Part shown: positions 44,674 to 54,872 of the stretch, one piece after another
Numbering within the stretch: the first letter of the stretch is position 1
How the letters are laid out: the number at the start of each line of letters is the position of its first letter
Origin: a virus
Taxonomy: Duplodnaviria > Caudoviricetes
Length of the DNA stretch: 64,000 nucleotides
Reading direction: 5' to 3' (one strand)
IMG/VR virus record: IMGVR_UViG_3300037067_018912
Span: 293,276 to 357,275 of that record
Position numbers and translations under genes: made by a program
Notes under the pieces: generated by a model
What the model was told of the DNA's origin: nothing
What the model saw: the letters and a program-made list of their open reading frames with translations, nothing else
Database searches by the model: none

Positions 44674-45090
44674 TTAGTTGAATATTTGTAGTTTTTTTGT
44701 TCCCACAATCTTTTTGACGTGACTTTCAAGGTAGTCGACAGTAATAGAATCCTTGTTCTTTATGAGGAAGCCTTTGGTCTTGTGGTATTTGATACCTTTG
44801 TAAACGATCTGCAGTTTAGAGCAGTAATTGATACAATATATCTCTTCGACCTTTATAATCCCCGTTACATTACCGACGAAATCACCCTTCTTGAATTTGG
44901 CGTTATCGTCAATATATTGTCTTTTGGCTATTTCAATCTTTTCGGCATAATCGGCTTTGATTTGTCGTATCTTTTCCTCACGTGCTCGTTCAAGAGCACT
45001 TATGAGATCAATAGTCTGTTGCGATGTCATATAGTCGTTCGTTTTATTTATTTGAGACTCTGACCATTTGATGTTCTCACGAATTCCCAA
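44674..45090 (-). CDS. hypothetical protein
   Basis: Operon packing; start uncertain. Confidence 0.6.
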   Translation of the reverse strand: MGIRENIKWSESQINKTNDYMTSQQTIDLISALERAREEKIRQIKADYAEKIEIAKRQYIDDNAKFKKGDFVGNVTGIIKVEEIYCINYCSKLQIVYKGIKYHKTKGFLIKNKDSITVDYLESHVKKIVGTKKLQIFN

Positions 45091-45458
45091 TCGTACAGGT
45101 CTTCCGCCTCCACACCCCGGCAGTCATAGCCATGAGGGTCTTTAAGGTTGTCTGTTATACCCAAGTCTCCCATACGTGAAACCATCCACACCCGTACTTT
45201 TGTTCCTGCTTTGCAGATGTGTTCTGTTGTGTTCTTTTCGACGGGGTGCGTGCCGTTCCAAACGTGCATCTCAAAATCTTTTTTGGTTCGGGCATGTATC
45301 TCGAACCTCCCCCACAAAAACATGGCTGTAGGGTCTTGTTCAACTTCTGCAGGGTACTTTAAATTAAATAATTCGTCAAAGGTGAGTGTTTCACGTTTGA
45401 CGATACCATCTAACGGTGTGGCTTGGCAGTCTTTCACGAATTGGGTGTTTTCAATCAT
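45048..45458 (-). CDS. hypothetical phage protein
   Basis: V.MVSRMGD.GIT..L....GY..R. Confidence 0.7.
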   Translation of the reverse strand: MIENTQFVKDCQATPLDGIVKRETLTFDELFNLKYPAEVEQDPTAMFLWGRFEIHARTKKDFEMHVWNGTHPVEKNTTEHICKAGTKVRVWMVSRMGDLGITDNLKDPHGYDCRGVEAEDLYDWEFVRTSNGQSLK

Positions 45459-45706
45459 GGTTGTGTGGGTTTACTTTCGAACAGTTCAACGTATAATTTG
45501 GGACACTTATATTGACAATCTGTGCTTAAACCGATGAATACAATACGTGGATTTTCCTTTTCGATTTTATCTGCAAGTTGTCGCAGGTGTTCTACCATCC
45601 AAGAATTGTCAGTCCAATCGTTTATACGGTCGGGCGGTAAATCACCTGCCATTAAAGGTATTTCCCACTTTGTCAATACATCTGATTTTGTTATTCCAAG
45701 TGCCAT
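45455..45706 (-). CDS. hypothetical protein
   Basis: ATGA overlap. Confidence 0.6.
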   Translation of the reverse strand: MALGITKSDVLTKWEIPLMAGDLPPDRINDWTDNSWMVEHLRQLADKIEKENPRIVFIGLSTDCQYKCPKLYVELFESKPTQP

Positions 45707-45717
45707 ATAAATAATAT

Positions 45718-46077
45718 TTAATCAAGTAAATGTTTGTTCTCTTTATAATTCAAATAATAACCACCATGCAAAAAACAGAAACGTTCGAACAACCATTCGT
45801 CAATATCAAACAAGGTATTGAGTTGTGCCTGTGTGGGTGCAATATCAATAATAGGTGTGCTATAAACAACACTTCCAACCATAAGCCATCCGGTTTTCAT
45901 CATCATGTCTTTTGGCTTTAGATGGTTTGGAAAGAGTTCACGGGCGATTTCGCTATGTATGGACACAAGTTCTTCATTGAGAGGTCCATTGTATTTATGA
46001 ACCTTTCCGTCCCGTGCAATCCAAAATTCCTTTTCTCTGCGTTCGGTATTGATCTTTATGTTGTATTCTTCGTCCAT
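45718..46077 (-). CDS. hypothetical protein
   Basis: WI..DG...H..IA...GW...TQAQ...L. Confidence 0.65.
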   Translation of the reverse strand: MDEEYNIKINTERREKEFWIARDGKVHKYNGPLNEELVSIHSEIARELFPNHLKPKDMMMKTGWLMVGSVVYSTPIIDIAPTQAQLNTLFDIDEWLFERFCFLHGGYYLNYKENKHLLD

Positions 46078-46078
46078 A

Positions 46079-46297
46079 TTAACTTATCTTTTGTTCTTTG
46101 GCCTCATTAACGGCAAATTTCAAGATGCGTCGGTAGGTTTCTTCTACTCTCATTTCCTGTTCGTACTGTAAGCCAGGATCGCTGCAAGGGTCTCCACCGT
46201 TTTCCCATGCATCAATCATATCTTCGAGACGTCTCTTTTCCATCTCATAATCATCGATCAGGGACTTTATTTCACGTATACTGTCGTCGTATGTCAT
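46079..46297 (-). CDS. hypothetical protein
   Basis: Operon packing. Confidence 0.6.
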   Translation of the reverse strand: MTYDDSIREIKSLIDDYEMEKRRLEDMIDAWENGGDPCSDPGLQYEQEMRVEETYRRILKFAVNEAKEQKIS

Positions 46298-46305
46298 AAC
46301 GGTTT

Positions 46306-46479
46306 TTACTGTTTTGAATTATAAATTCTATCAATCAGGTCGTGGAGTTGCTCTTTGGCTATCTTGATGTCTTCTTCCTCCATGCCGTAGGACGAGCCTG
46401 CGATCTGGTGGCTGCTCAAGACCTTGGTGTTGCCTTTGAGAATTCTGTCCACCCTATTTTTTGCTTCTGATCTATTCAT
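46306..46479 (-). CDS. hypothetical protein
   Basis: Start reassigned to MNRSEA downstream of promoter. Confidence 0.55.
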   Translation of the reverse strand: MNRSEAKNRVDRILKGNTKVLSSHQIAGSSYGMEEEDIKIAKEQLHDLIDRIYNSKQ

Positions 46480-46512
46480 TTCAATTTTTGTTATTACAAA
46501 GATACAAAATAT

Positions 46513-46538
46513 TACGAGAATCAAGCAAATGTGTTACA
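46513..46538 (-). promoter_or_regulatory. ECF promoter with adjacent host-type TATCTTTG box
   Basis: TGTAAC-N16-CGTA; CAAAGATA on + at 46497-46504. Confidence 0.7.
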
Positions 46539-46559
46539 AAATTATTGTATATTCGCATC

Positions 46560-47792
46560 ATGCTACCAATATATATAAATAAAAAAATGGGTATTAATTA
46601 TATTGATATTAATAATACAACCATTGATTTGAACAACAAAAAGCGTTTTGTGGTAAGTCTATTTACCGGAGCAGGAGGATTAGATATTGGTTTGGAAATG
46701 GCAGGATTTACTACAGTAATGTGTATTGAAAATGACAGTAATTGTCGAGCAACATTAAAACATAACAGGCCGGAATGGTGTATGTTTGAAAAGGGCGATA
46801 AAGAAGTAAATGGTATTACTATTAGAAGAGAAATTGGAGACATACGAAACATAGATGTTTCTGAGGTTAAAATGATTTTAAAGAAGGGGGGTAAAAGTAA
46901 TATCGATTTAGTTGTTGGAGGTGCACCATGTCAACCTTTTTCCAACATTGGAAAGAAACAAGGTAAAGACGATAAGAAAAACGGTGACCTATTTCTTGAA
47001 TTTGTGAAATTTGTGAAAGGTTTAAATCCGAAAGCATTTATTTTCGAGAATGTGAGTGGAATAACACAAAAAAAACATGAAGCCATAATTAATTATATGG
47101 TTGAAAAACTTGGTGGTTTAGGCTATGGTATTTCTCGTACCGTTTTGAATGCTGCCAATTATGGTGTACCACAAAGAAGAGAAAGGTTTTTTCTTATAGG
47201 TATAAAAGGTGTAGATACTCCTGCATTTCCATTACCGACACATTTCAAACAAGATAAAAAGACATTTGAAGATTTTAAAAATGAATTTGATACCCTCCCC
47301 GATTTATTTAATCCCAAGAAATGGAAGACCGTCAACGAAGCATTCAAAAGTCTTCCGAAATCATACAGAGAGAGAAATGATTATAAGGTAATGAGGATAT
47401 CAAATACTGTCCAAGAAAGAATGAAATATATAAAACAAGGGCAGAATTTCAAAGTTATACCTAAGAATATGCGGCCAAAACGGTTTCTTAATGGTAAACA
47501 TCAAGGAAATGACACTTTTGGTAGATTAAGAAGCAACCAACCATCTCTTACAATAAGAACGGCTGCCTATAATCCATCCAAAGGCATGTATATTCACCCA
47601 ATTGAGGACAGGGGATTGGACATTATTGAAATGGCTGCACTTCAATCATTCCCGTATAATTGGGAGTTTAAGTGCGCCAACAACAGTAAAATAACCTTGA
47701 TAAGCGGAGGCAAGCAAATCGGGAATGCCGTGCCCCCAAAATTGGCAGAAGCGGTTGGTAGAGCAATGATGATACAAATTAATTCGCTTTAA
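46560..47792 (+). CDS. type II DNA (cytosine-5) methyltransferase, cognate of adjacent endonuclease
   Basis: FTGAGG, GGAPCQPFS, ENV, YGVPQRRER, LQSFP, QIGNAVPP; start uncertain (46560 or 46587). Confidence 0.92.
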   Translation: MLPIYINKKMGINYIDINNTTIDLNNKKRFVVSLFTGAGGLDIGLEMAGFTTVMCIENDSNCRATLKHNRPEWCMFEKGDKEVNGITIRREIGDIRNIDVSEVKMILKKGGKSNIDLVVGGAPCQPFSNIGKKQGKDDKKNGDLFLEFVKFVKGLNPKAFIFENVSGITQKKHEAIINYMVEKLGGLGYGISRTVLNAANYGVPQRRERFFLIGIKGVDTPAFPLPTHFKQDKKTFEDFKNEFDTLPDLFNPKKWKTVNEAFKSLPKSYRERNDYKVMRISNTVQERMKYIKQGQNFKVIPKNMRPKRFLNGKHQGNDTFGRLRSNQPSLTIRTAAYNPSKGMYIHPIEDRGLDIIEMAALQSFPYNWEFKCANNSKITLISGGKQIGNAVPPKLAEAVGRAMMIQINSL

Positions 47793-48642
47793 CGAGAATC
47801 CGAGTCAAGGCAGTCTCAGCAGTTGCAAGAGTGTTGACCTCAAACACCTCATCTACGGCTGCCTGTGGAAGACTTTGCACCGTGGTAATTGAGTGAGTTG
47901 CTACCGTCCTTAATGCTCTTCTGTCGGCATCAGTGACGTTTTTTGAAATGGCGTAGTACTTCAAGCCATCCGGGTTTATGATCCAATTACGGGTCTGCAA
48001 ATGAACGTAGATCGCTTTCATCAAACTGCCTTCATGTGGAATCTGTAATCTTCGATCCGGTCGTAATGAGAATTTGACGGATATGTATCCAATTATCTGA
48101 TCAAACGAACACCTGTGGACTAACGACAAATATCTTGTCTGAAGTCGAGTAATATTCTCAGTTGTTATATTATCGATTTCTTCAATATCATCCAAAACTT
48201 CACGAGCCAAAGTGCCGTCGATTATTACAAAGTCGGGATTGGATGAGATCAATTCAACATTTGTCGAATCCACTATCTTTCCACGCAAATCCAATATCAA
48301 TTCATATAGGTTTTCTTCATATAGCCTGGCTACGTCAAACTGAGTTATGTTCGGCAAAGGTAAGGCAATATAATTCACAACGTTTCGAGCGAATAAATTC
48401 CAAGCAGACAAGGCTATCAACCATTCATACCAATTCCCGTGTGCATTCTTTTTTGCATCTTCAGTTACCCTATCATCTTCTGCACTGATGACCGCATCGA
48501 ATTCATTGAAAAGTCTTTCAAAAGATTTATTCGTTTCCGGTAAAACGTTGTGTAATAACTGACAAAAGGCTTCGTCCTTTATTATTTGGGGTTTTTCTTC
48601 TGTTGTGTTCTTATGTAGAATTCTTATTAACGACATTGGCAC
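47779..48642 (-). CDS. Cfr10I/Bse634I/SgrAI-family type II restriction endonuclease
   Basis: G.WYEW, SNPDF, SVK.SLRPDRRLQ..HEGSLMKA, TVATHSIT; convergent and overlapping with MTase. Confidence 0.85.
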   Translation of the reverse strand: MPMSLIRILHKNTTEEKPQIIKDEAFCQLLHNVLPETNKSFERLFNEFDAVISAEDDRVTEDAKKNAHGNWYEWLIALSAWNLFARNVVNYIALPLPNITQFDVARLYEENLYELILDLRGKIVDSTNVELISSNPDFVIIDGTLAREVLDDIEEIDNITTENITRLQTRYLSLVHRCSFDQIIGYISVKFSLRPDRRLQIPHEGSLMKAIYVHLQTRNWIINPDGLKYYAISKNVTDADRRALRTVATHSITTVQSLPQAAVDEVFEVNTLATAETALTRILVKAN

Positions 48643-48803
48643 TTATTGTTTTGAAATAGATTATTAAATATAATCCATTCAAAGAATAGTTGCAAGGGTT
48701 TTAAAAAAAATCCCGACAGGGGTTGGCTGCCGGGATAGGAAATTAGAAAATTTATGGAAAATTAGGGAAGAAAGCGTTGTGTTAAAGGATTTAATTAAGG
48801 GTT

Positions 48804-49073
48804 TCAATCAAACCATTCCACGTAATAAGGTAAGTATTTGATGTCATATCCTGTATTCATATCCCAAGGTGCTGTTGAGTATTTCGGACAGTTGTCGATT
48901 GGTCTTGCATGCACTATAGCCTTTCCGTCCGGTCCATAAGCACCTCCTATATAGTCGTAGACGTCCCAAGCGTTCCCTTTGTCGTCAATGCACCTTCCGA
49001 TACTCAAAGGTCTTTTCAACCTCAAAGGTTTGGTTTCCCCTGTGAAGGGGGATGAATAAGTTATGCGTACCAT
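48804..49073 (-). CDS. hypothetical protein
   Basis: Operon packing. Confidence 0.6.
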   Translation of the reverse strand: MVRITYSSPFTGETKPLRLKRPLSIGRCIDDKGNAWDVYDYIGGAYGPDGKAIVHARPIDNCPKYSTAPWDMNTGYDIKYLPYYVEWFD

Positions 49074-49085
49074 ATGAATTATTAT

Positions 49086-49532
49086 TTATGACTCTTGTTT
49101 TGAGTCTGTTTTAATGACAGTTTCAAAATAGAATTTGCCGGAGAATGGTTTGTCAGGTGTTATATCGAACAACCTGGCGACCTCAAGCATATATGCTTTT
49201 GTTTTACGGGAGCGTTCTACCACAGGATTCTTGGGTAGTTTAGCAATCCTTTTATGAAAGTCTGACATATAACGCCTGAAACCTTCCAAATCCAATGCTC
49301 TTTTATAATGATTGATGATTTTAATTGCAGGAAGAAGATTATTAAGGTTATCTATTTCCTTCAATTTGGCGTATATCTCGGTTGCGGTGGAACAAGTGTG
49401 AAAAAGTTTATACTTGTGTTTCTTTTTTGAAAGGATATGATCTACCTGCCAATCGTTACCCAAGGGTTTTCCGGTGTAAGCACATAATCCATTGAACTTG
49501 TCGTGTACGGCTTGACGGGTTGATTTATTCAT
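49086..49532 (-). CDS. HNH endonuclease-like protein
   Basis: CAYTG...WQVDH...NLLPA...NHYK. Confidence 0.8.
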   Translation of the reverse strand: MNKSTRQAVHDKFNGLCAYTGKPLGNDWQVDHILSKKKHKYKLFHTCSTATEIYAKLKEIDNLNNLLPAIKIINHYKRALDLEGFRRYMSDFHKRIAKLPKNPVVERSRKTKAYMLEVARLFDITPDKPFSGKFYFETVIKTDSKQES

Positions 49533-49788
49533 GATGTTTGCTTTTCACGTCCCGTATTTTGAGTTTATGAATCTTCCCGTCGCAGCACATGGCGTCATGA
49601 ACAGCCTGTTCCGACTTTTTGTTTGTCACTTGGAGTGTTGAGTAACCCGCTTCCTTTAATTGTTCCTTGGAGCACCTCTCGGCACTCCCACATTTACCCA
49701 ACACACATTTGCTTGCGCAAGTGCAGAAGCACAAACCGTCCGTTCCAACCAATATCACGCTCATGATAACCGTATTATTCGGGTTCAA
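49525..49788 (-). CDS. Cys-rich hypothetical protein
   Basis: Multiple Cys. Confidence 0.55.
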   Translation of the reverse strand: MNPNNTVIMSVILVGTDGLCFCTCASKCVLGKCGSAERCSKEQLKEAGYSTLQVTNKKSEQAVHDAMCCDGKIHKLKIRDVKSKHHE

Positions 49789-50827
49789 TTATTGATTGGT
49801 CAATATCGTTGATCCGTATCACACCACCCTTGACTATTTTCGTCTCGGTCTCGATTGTGATGGTGTTGGCGTCTTGCTCTTTAACCTCTGCCTTGTCGAT
49901 CTTTTTAAAGTATACGCTTTTGAAGGTAGGGACGAGGTAGCCGCCCTCCACGGTGGACGAGAACAACCCGGCGTATAAACGGTAGTCGGAGTTATTGTTG
50001 TAATTATGATAGTCGATTTTAGAGATACAGGGGATGAAATTCTCCGGGTAGGAAACTTTCGGCTGTTCGATGAAGAAGTCCCGTATCCAACCGGATACTT
50101 CAACCTGACTGCCGCTTCCACATCTTTCCAAAGAGAAGAAGTCCTTGTAATTACACGTTTCGTCATTTATATCGGCGATCCTGTTTGCCACAATAAGTAG
50201 GTAGTCTGCGAATTCTTTCACCGCTCCGGTGATCTTGCCGACTTGGAACATAAAGGTCAGCCAATCGGATTTTGTACCTGTGATCATGACCTTGGGTATG
50301 CCGCAAAGGTACATGCTGTAATTGTAATACGGACTCACCATATCGAGAAAGGCAGTGCGGTCAGCAAATTTCGACTCCTCCGTGTCAGTGGTGAAGTCAG
50401 GGAAGGCGTCCTCGATCAATTTTGAGGGCACTCTGCCTTGGAGTGCTGATATCAGCAACTCAGGACTGATAAACTCACCCCCTTGCAGGATCGTAATTTC
50501 GATCTTTTCTTTGGACTCGGTGAAGTATTTCCTATATGTTTCAGGCTTCTTATTGACTTCATAGGCCAAATTATTCAATACCACGTTCCACAGTATGGTG
50601 GGTGAAATAATCACACCATAATGACATCTCCAACATAAGGTAAGGTAGTCGAGATAATTCCTGTGTGAGATAAGAGATTCGAATGCAGTGACCTGTTGAA
50701 AACCTTTCTCAATATTGAAGAAATACCTTGGATTGAATTGTGTAGCCGTGAGGTTTAATTCCTTATTTTCCAATGCCGGATCAAGGATAATTTCTTTTTC
50801 ACTAATCGTATCGTCAAATTTTTTCAT
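49775..50827 (-). CDS. DUF4419-like protein
   Basis: H....ISP..LW, PDFTT, YY.Y...CGIP.V...GT..DW, SGWI. Confidence 0.75.
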   Translation of the reverse strand: MKKFDDTISEKEIILDPALENKELNLTATQFNPRYFFNIEKGFQQVTAFESLISHRNYLDYLTLCWRCHYGVIISPTILWNVVLNNLAYEVNKKPETYRKYFTESKEKIEITILQGGEFISPELLISALQGRVPSKLIEDAFPDFTTDTEESKFADRTAFLDMVSPYYNYSMYLCGIPKVMITGTKSDWLTFMFQVGKITGAVKEFADYLLIVANRIADINDETCNYKDFFSLERCGSGSQVEVSGWIRDFFIEQPKVSYPENFIPCISKIDYHNYNNNSDYRLYAGLFSSTVEGGYLVPTFKSVYFKKIDKAEVKEQDANTITIETETKIVKGGVIRINDIDQSIIEPE

Positions 50828-50857
50828 AGTATAATGTTTTTATCGGTTGTGTCGATT

Positions 50858-51166
50858 TCACGTCAGGTTTAAGTCTTTTTTGCAGACGATCAGTATCAAT
50901 TCGATCCTCATAGCCGCCCGGAGTCCGAATCTGTCGTCACAATCTGCCGCCTTTTTGACGTGCGGATGAATTGTTTTCCAATATTCGACATCTTGTTTCA
51001 TTTCATCAGGGAATATGTCGGTTAATTCACTGAACATGCTCCAAGCCTGGGCGTCGAAGTTCTGCACGTTCGTTATGACGTATTCTTGGAATTCCTTCTT
51101 CGCTTCCGGACTTTCGTGTCTTTGGTTTCCGAGTTGAACGAGTTTGACTTTATCTTCCCACTCCAT
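50858..51166 (-). CDS. hypothetical protein
   Basis: Operon packing. Confidence 0.6.
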   Translation of the reverse strand: MEWEDKVKLVQLGNQRHESPEAKKEFQEYVITNVQNFDAQAWSMFSELTDIFPDEMKQDVEYWKTIHPHVKKAADCDDRFGLRAAMRIELILIVCKKDLNLT

Positions 51167-51180
51167 ATTAATAATTCACA

Positions 51181-51399
51181 TTAATAATCTAATTGGTATT
51201 TCTTTCTCAATTCCTTTTGGAATTCAGTGATTTTCTTTTCCAATTCCTTGATTTCCTTTTCTTCCTTGGAGGTACTGTAACCGTCATCAGTCAACACACG
51301 AATCGTCCTTCGTAGGAAGATGATCTTTTTTTGACACTCGTAGATCGCTGAGATCAACGTTTTTATATTGACCATACCTTCTTGTTTGGTGGTTTTCAT
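51181..51399 (-). CDS. coiled-coil hypothetical protein
   Basis: Resembles 4449..4670. Confidence 0.6.
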   Translation of the reverse strand: MKTTKQEGMVNIKTLISAIYECQKKIIFLRRTIRVLTDDGYSTSKEEKEIKELEKKITEFQKELRKKYQLDY

Positions 51400-51426
51400 G
51401 ATATTGGTTTTAAAAAAGAAGGGGTT

Positions 51427-52305
51427 TTATTCCCCCTCCATTGATAATTCACCGCTTCTGTACTTCTCTGCGATTTCAAGCAATAAATCCTTCTTTTTCA
51501 AGGAGGTGAGTTTTACGATAGCAGTCTCAAGTTCCGTCAACTTATCCACTTGAAGTTTCTGTGCGTTTTGGAAATTGAGCATCATGTCCTTGAATGTCAG
51601 TAAATTCTTTTTTCTCTTGTCAGTCGAATTGGACAACAGTTCAATAACTCCATGAAGGTTGGCTTCAATTTCAATTTGCGCCAAACGAGATTCTTTTTGT
51701 TGCGCTGTCAATGCATCCAATTTTTCGTTGATAGTTACCAAAGACAGAGTTTCAACGGGGGCGGTTGCAGGAATTTCGTCGGTTGCGGTTTTTTCCACCT
51801 GAATAAACTGTTCTACATCTTTAACGATTTGGGCAAGTTTCTTTTTCCCTTTGGTAGTGATTTCATCGGAAATTTTTTCCTTTTCGATTGTGGTATTGGA
51901 TTCTGCTTTTCTCCAATCATTGCCCATGATTCCTTTCAACATGAATTCGGCACGTTGGTTGTTGGGAACTCTGACATGTTTTAAACCACCCTTATACATG
52001 CTTTGATAAGCCACATTAAGAAACTTATAAGCCATTACTTCATCAGGTTCTTTGCCAATCCAAATTGCAGTAACATCACCAATAGGCGATATGACGAATT
52101 TTACCACCCTCATTCTTTCAAAAATGTCAATGTTGGGTTGGATAGGCATTTTGAAATGCCTGTACATGGAGACACGTATTGTTTCTCCCGGACTGTCAGC
52201 GATTTCGATGTTGGTAGACAAAGTGGATGTTTCCACCACGTGTTTGTGTACTGCTTTAAGGAATTGCACGGCTGCAAGAATACTTTCCTTCTTATAATTC
52301 TTCAT
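51427..52305 (-). CDS. hypothetical protein with C-terminal coiled coil
   Basis: 292-aa ORF. Confidence 0.7.
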   Translation of the reverse strand: MKNYKKESILAAVQFLKAVHKHVVETSTLSTNIEIADSPGETIRVSMYRHFKMPIQPNIDIFERMRVVKFVISPIGDVTAIWIGKEPDEVMAYKFLNVAYQSMYKGGLKHVRVPNNQRAEFMLKGIMGNDWRKAESNTTIEKEKISDEITTKGKKKLAQIVKDVEQFIQVEKTATDEIPATAPVETLSLVTINEKLDALTAQQKESRLAQIEIEANLHGVIELLSNSTDKRKKNLLTFKDMMLNFQNAQKLQVDKLTELETAIVKLTSLKKKDLLLEIAEKYRSGELSMEGE

Positions 52306-52391
52306 AATCTCCTGATAATTAATTTATATTCGAAAATGTCGACCAAATGTAATTAAAATTTTTATTAAATGGTAAAAAAAGTGGATTATTT

Positions 52392-53105
52392 TTAATCAAG
52401 TAAGGCATCCATTTGAGCCGATTCATTCACAAATTTTAAACTTTTTCCACAAAACGGGCAGTAATTGATCACTATATATGAATGCCCACCGTCGTGAATA
52501 ATGATCCCGTATTCCTTTTTGTTCTCCGAACGGAAGATCAGGTTGTCGGGACAGTCAAACCCGTTCGGGTGTTGTTCGCAGCGATGTGCGATATGTCTTT
52601 CCATGTCATGGCAGCAATACACGTCCTTTTCAACAAGATGTACTCCTTCGCTGTTTTCCGGCAGGATATGGCCAAGTATCTCAGTTATCATTTTCTCCTC
52701 ACTTATTTCATCATCGTGGTCGGTGTTGCCGCTGTCCTCGTTGTCGTCTGAGCCGTAGGCTACCTTTTTCTCCTTATTCCATGCATTGCCGTCTTCCGGG
52801 ATGTATGCTCTCAACTTGTCCTTGCGGCCAAGATAAAATATAAAACAAATCGGCCATTCCCAATCACCTCCGGCATTGACAAAATAGATGTGGAATCCTG
52901 GTGCTATCTCTCTGTAGCCGACAGGGTATGTGGAAAATCCTTCGTTTTTTCCAAAGTAAGTATAATTTTCGAAATCGAATTGAACCTTACTCAAATCCTT
53001 TTGAATCTTGTCTGAAAGATTATCATAGGGAAAGTCGTCACTTGTCATCAATTTCTCAATCTTGGCAAGGAATTCCTCTTGAGTTGTTGGTTTATAGTAT
53101 CTCAT
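52392..53105 (-). CDS. two-domain protein with Cys-rich C-terminal domain
   Basis: CC..M...C..H...CPD...EYG..IHDGG...I.YCPFCG. Confidence 0.7.
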   Translation of the reverse strand: MRYYKPTTQEEFLAKIEKLMTSDDFPYDNLSDKIQKDLSKVQFDFENYTYFGKNEGFSTYPVGYREIAPGFHIYFVNAGGDWEWPICFIFYLGRKDKLRAYIPEDGNAWNKEKKVAYGSDDNEDSGNTDHDDEISEEKMITEILGHILPENSEGVHLVEKDVYCCHDMERHIAHRCEQHPNGFDCPDNLIFRSENKKEYGIIIHDGGHSYIVINYCPFCGKSLKFVNESAQMDALLD

Positions 53106-53476
53106 TGGTGTTTGTTTATAGTGAAAAATCTGTCTTTACAAATATATTTAAAAAAAAGGGTATCTCCAACACTCTTGTTGTACCATAATTCATTGGTTAT
53201 TAGGAATCCATTGCTGCGGTTGTGACTGTAACTGACGAGTTCGGCGAACTGCGTGGTGTCTGCGACCCTTTGTATCAGCCACATCTTGACCAATACCGGG
53301 GAATGAAACTTATCCTGTGTGAGCGTTCCACTCGATTCTGCACTAACAATCACGAACTTTTCGTTACGGAATAATTCCCTATCATTGAGTTTCGACCTGC
53401 ATGATCTGGTAAGCAAAATAATACCTGTGAGGACTATGAAAATAACCGTCATACTTATACTTATTTGTTTATTCAT
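53102..53476 (-). CDS. membrane-anchored protein
   Basis: N-terminal TM. Confidence 0.6.
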   Translation of the reverse strand: MNKQISISMTVIFIVLTGIILLTRSCRSKLNDRELFRNEKFVIVSAESSGTLTQDKFHSPVLVKMWLIQRVADTTQFAELVSYSHNRSNGFLITNELWYNKSVGDTLFFKYICKDRFFTINKHQ

Positions 53477-53814
53477 GGCAAATCCATTATTTGTTTATAG
53501 AATTCTATGTTGTCCATTTCCTTTTGAAGGCGTTCCTTTTTGGTCTTGACTTTCTCGTTCTTGATGAATTTGATGTTGGAGACAGCACGTTTGACTTGCT
53601 TTTCAAGCCATTCCTTCGGAGGGTGCTCGTCCTTGTCCATTACGTGTAGACATACACGGTAGCCGTCTTCATAACCGCCATCGGTATTCTCACCCCAATT
53701 CTCCATCAACTCCTGCTGTTTGGCGTCGGTGTCGATCTCAGATTGGTCGAGGTGTTTGTAATCCGTGTGGCTTCCGCCCCGGAAATACTTATCAAGTTTG
53801 ATCCAAACTTTCAT
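53473..53814 (-). CDS. hypothetical protein
   Basis: ATGA overlap. Confidence 0.65.
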   Translation of the reverse strand: MKVWIKLDKYFRGGSHTDYKHLDQSEIDTDAKQQELMENWGENTDGGYEDGYRVCLHVMDKDEHPPKEWLEKQVKRAVSNIKFIKNEKVKTKKERLQKEMDNIEFYKQIMDLP

Positions 53815-53821
53815 GTGTTAT

Positions 53822-54055
53822 TTATTTGAATTTATCTTTTGATATCGACCACACGCTTGGTTTCAGATGCGGGTTGTCGCCAATGTATCTTATGATCAGG
53901 CTTTCATTAGCCTGTTCAAGTTCTTTCAAGGCGTCGTTTATCAACTGCACCTTATCGTTCAAGTCGCTTTGTGTGAGAATAATCTGCATCATGCACAACT
54001 TATGCCATTTGACGAGGATCGTCCTTTCCATTCCGCTGTAATCGTCCAAATTCAT
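53822..54055 (-). CDS. hypothetical protein
   Basis: Operon packing. Confidence 0.55.
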   Translation of the reverse strand: MNLDDYSGMERTILVKWHKLCMMQIILTQSDLNDKVQLINDALKELEQANESLIIRYIGDNPHLKPSVWSISKDKFK

Positions 54056-54064
54056 TGAAGTGTT

Positions 54065-54322
54065 TTATGAATTCTGTTTGATCTTTTCCTGCCATTCTTG
54101 TTTGGTCGTTTCCAACCTGCGTTTCAATTCGGTAGTCATTTTGACAATCTTCTCATTCCACTCTTCGTCGCTGTCGCAACTGATTTCTGTCCAATGCATG
54201 TTGAAATCTTTGTTGTTGTCTTCCGTGCCGACGAAAGAGTCGCCGTTGAACTTCATGCCGAGGGTGTGCAGGTCAGCATACCTCTTGTTCTGTTTTTCGT
54301 GTATTTCGTCGATGAAACTCAT
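54065..54322 (-). CDS. hypothetical protein
   Basis: Operon packing. Confidence 0.6.
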   Translation of the reverse strand: MSFIDEIHEKQNKRYADLHTLGMKFNGDSFVGTEDNNKDFNMHWTEISCDSDEEWNEKIVKMTTELKRRLETTKQEWQEKIKQNS

Positions 54323-54636
54323 GGTAATTGTTGTAGTTTGGTGAATTCTTTTAAATCTTTCTCAAATTTTTTCTCACGTGCTATTAATTCTTTCTTATAT
54401 GCCTTACAGTTTCTCAGCCAATTCAACAAGTTCTGATTGGTGTGCCATTCCTTTTCACCCGTTTTCTTATCCTTAATCACAAACAGGTGTTGGTACACCT
54501 TACCCCTTTTGGTGAATTTGACAAAGTGGAAAATGATATTAATGCCAAATTCTTCTGCGAGTTTAATGGTCTGTTTCAAAACAGGATAGTCTTTCGCTGC
54601 TTGTTCAAGTGATATTGAATACTTTCCTTTTATCAT
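54319..54636 (-). CDS. hypothetical protein
   Basis: Start reassigned to MIKGKY (ATGA overlap). Confidence 0.6.
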   Translation of the reverse strand: MIKGKYSISLEQAAKDYPVLKQTIKLAEEFGINIIFHFVKFTKRGKVYQHLFVIKDKKTGEKEWHTNQNLLNWLRNCKAYKKELIAREKKFEKDLKEFTKLQQLP

Positions 54637-54872
54637 GATATTTCGATTTGATAATCCTTCCATAATTGGTCGATGGTCTTGTTGCCAATTTTGGCATGCG
54701 ACAGCCAATTTGCAAACGCTTTTGCTTCCTGTTCGGCATCGGCTTTCATTGCCCGTAGCACCGCTTCTTTGTATTGAAGCGGGAATTCTCTTGGGAAGAT
54801 TGATTCAACACCTTTCTCCTTGGCGAATTTGGTGTATTCTTCCTGCAGTATTTCTTCGGATGTCTTATTCAT
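54633..54872 (-). CDS. hypothetical protein
   Basis: Start reassigned to MNKTSE. Confidence 0.55.
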   Translation of the reverse strand: MNKTSEEILQEEYTKFAKEKGVESIFPREFPLQYKEAVLRAMKADAEQEAKAFANWLSHAKIGNKTIDQLWKDYQIEIS

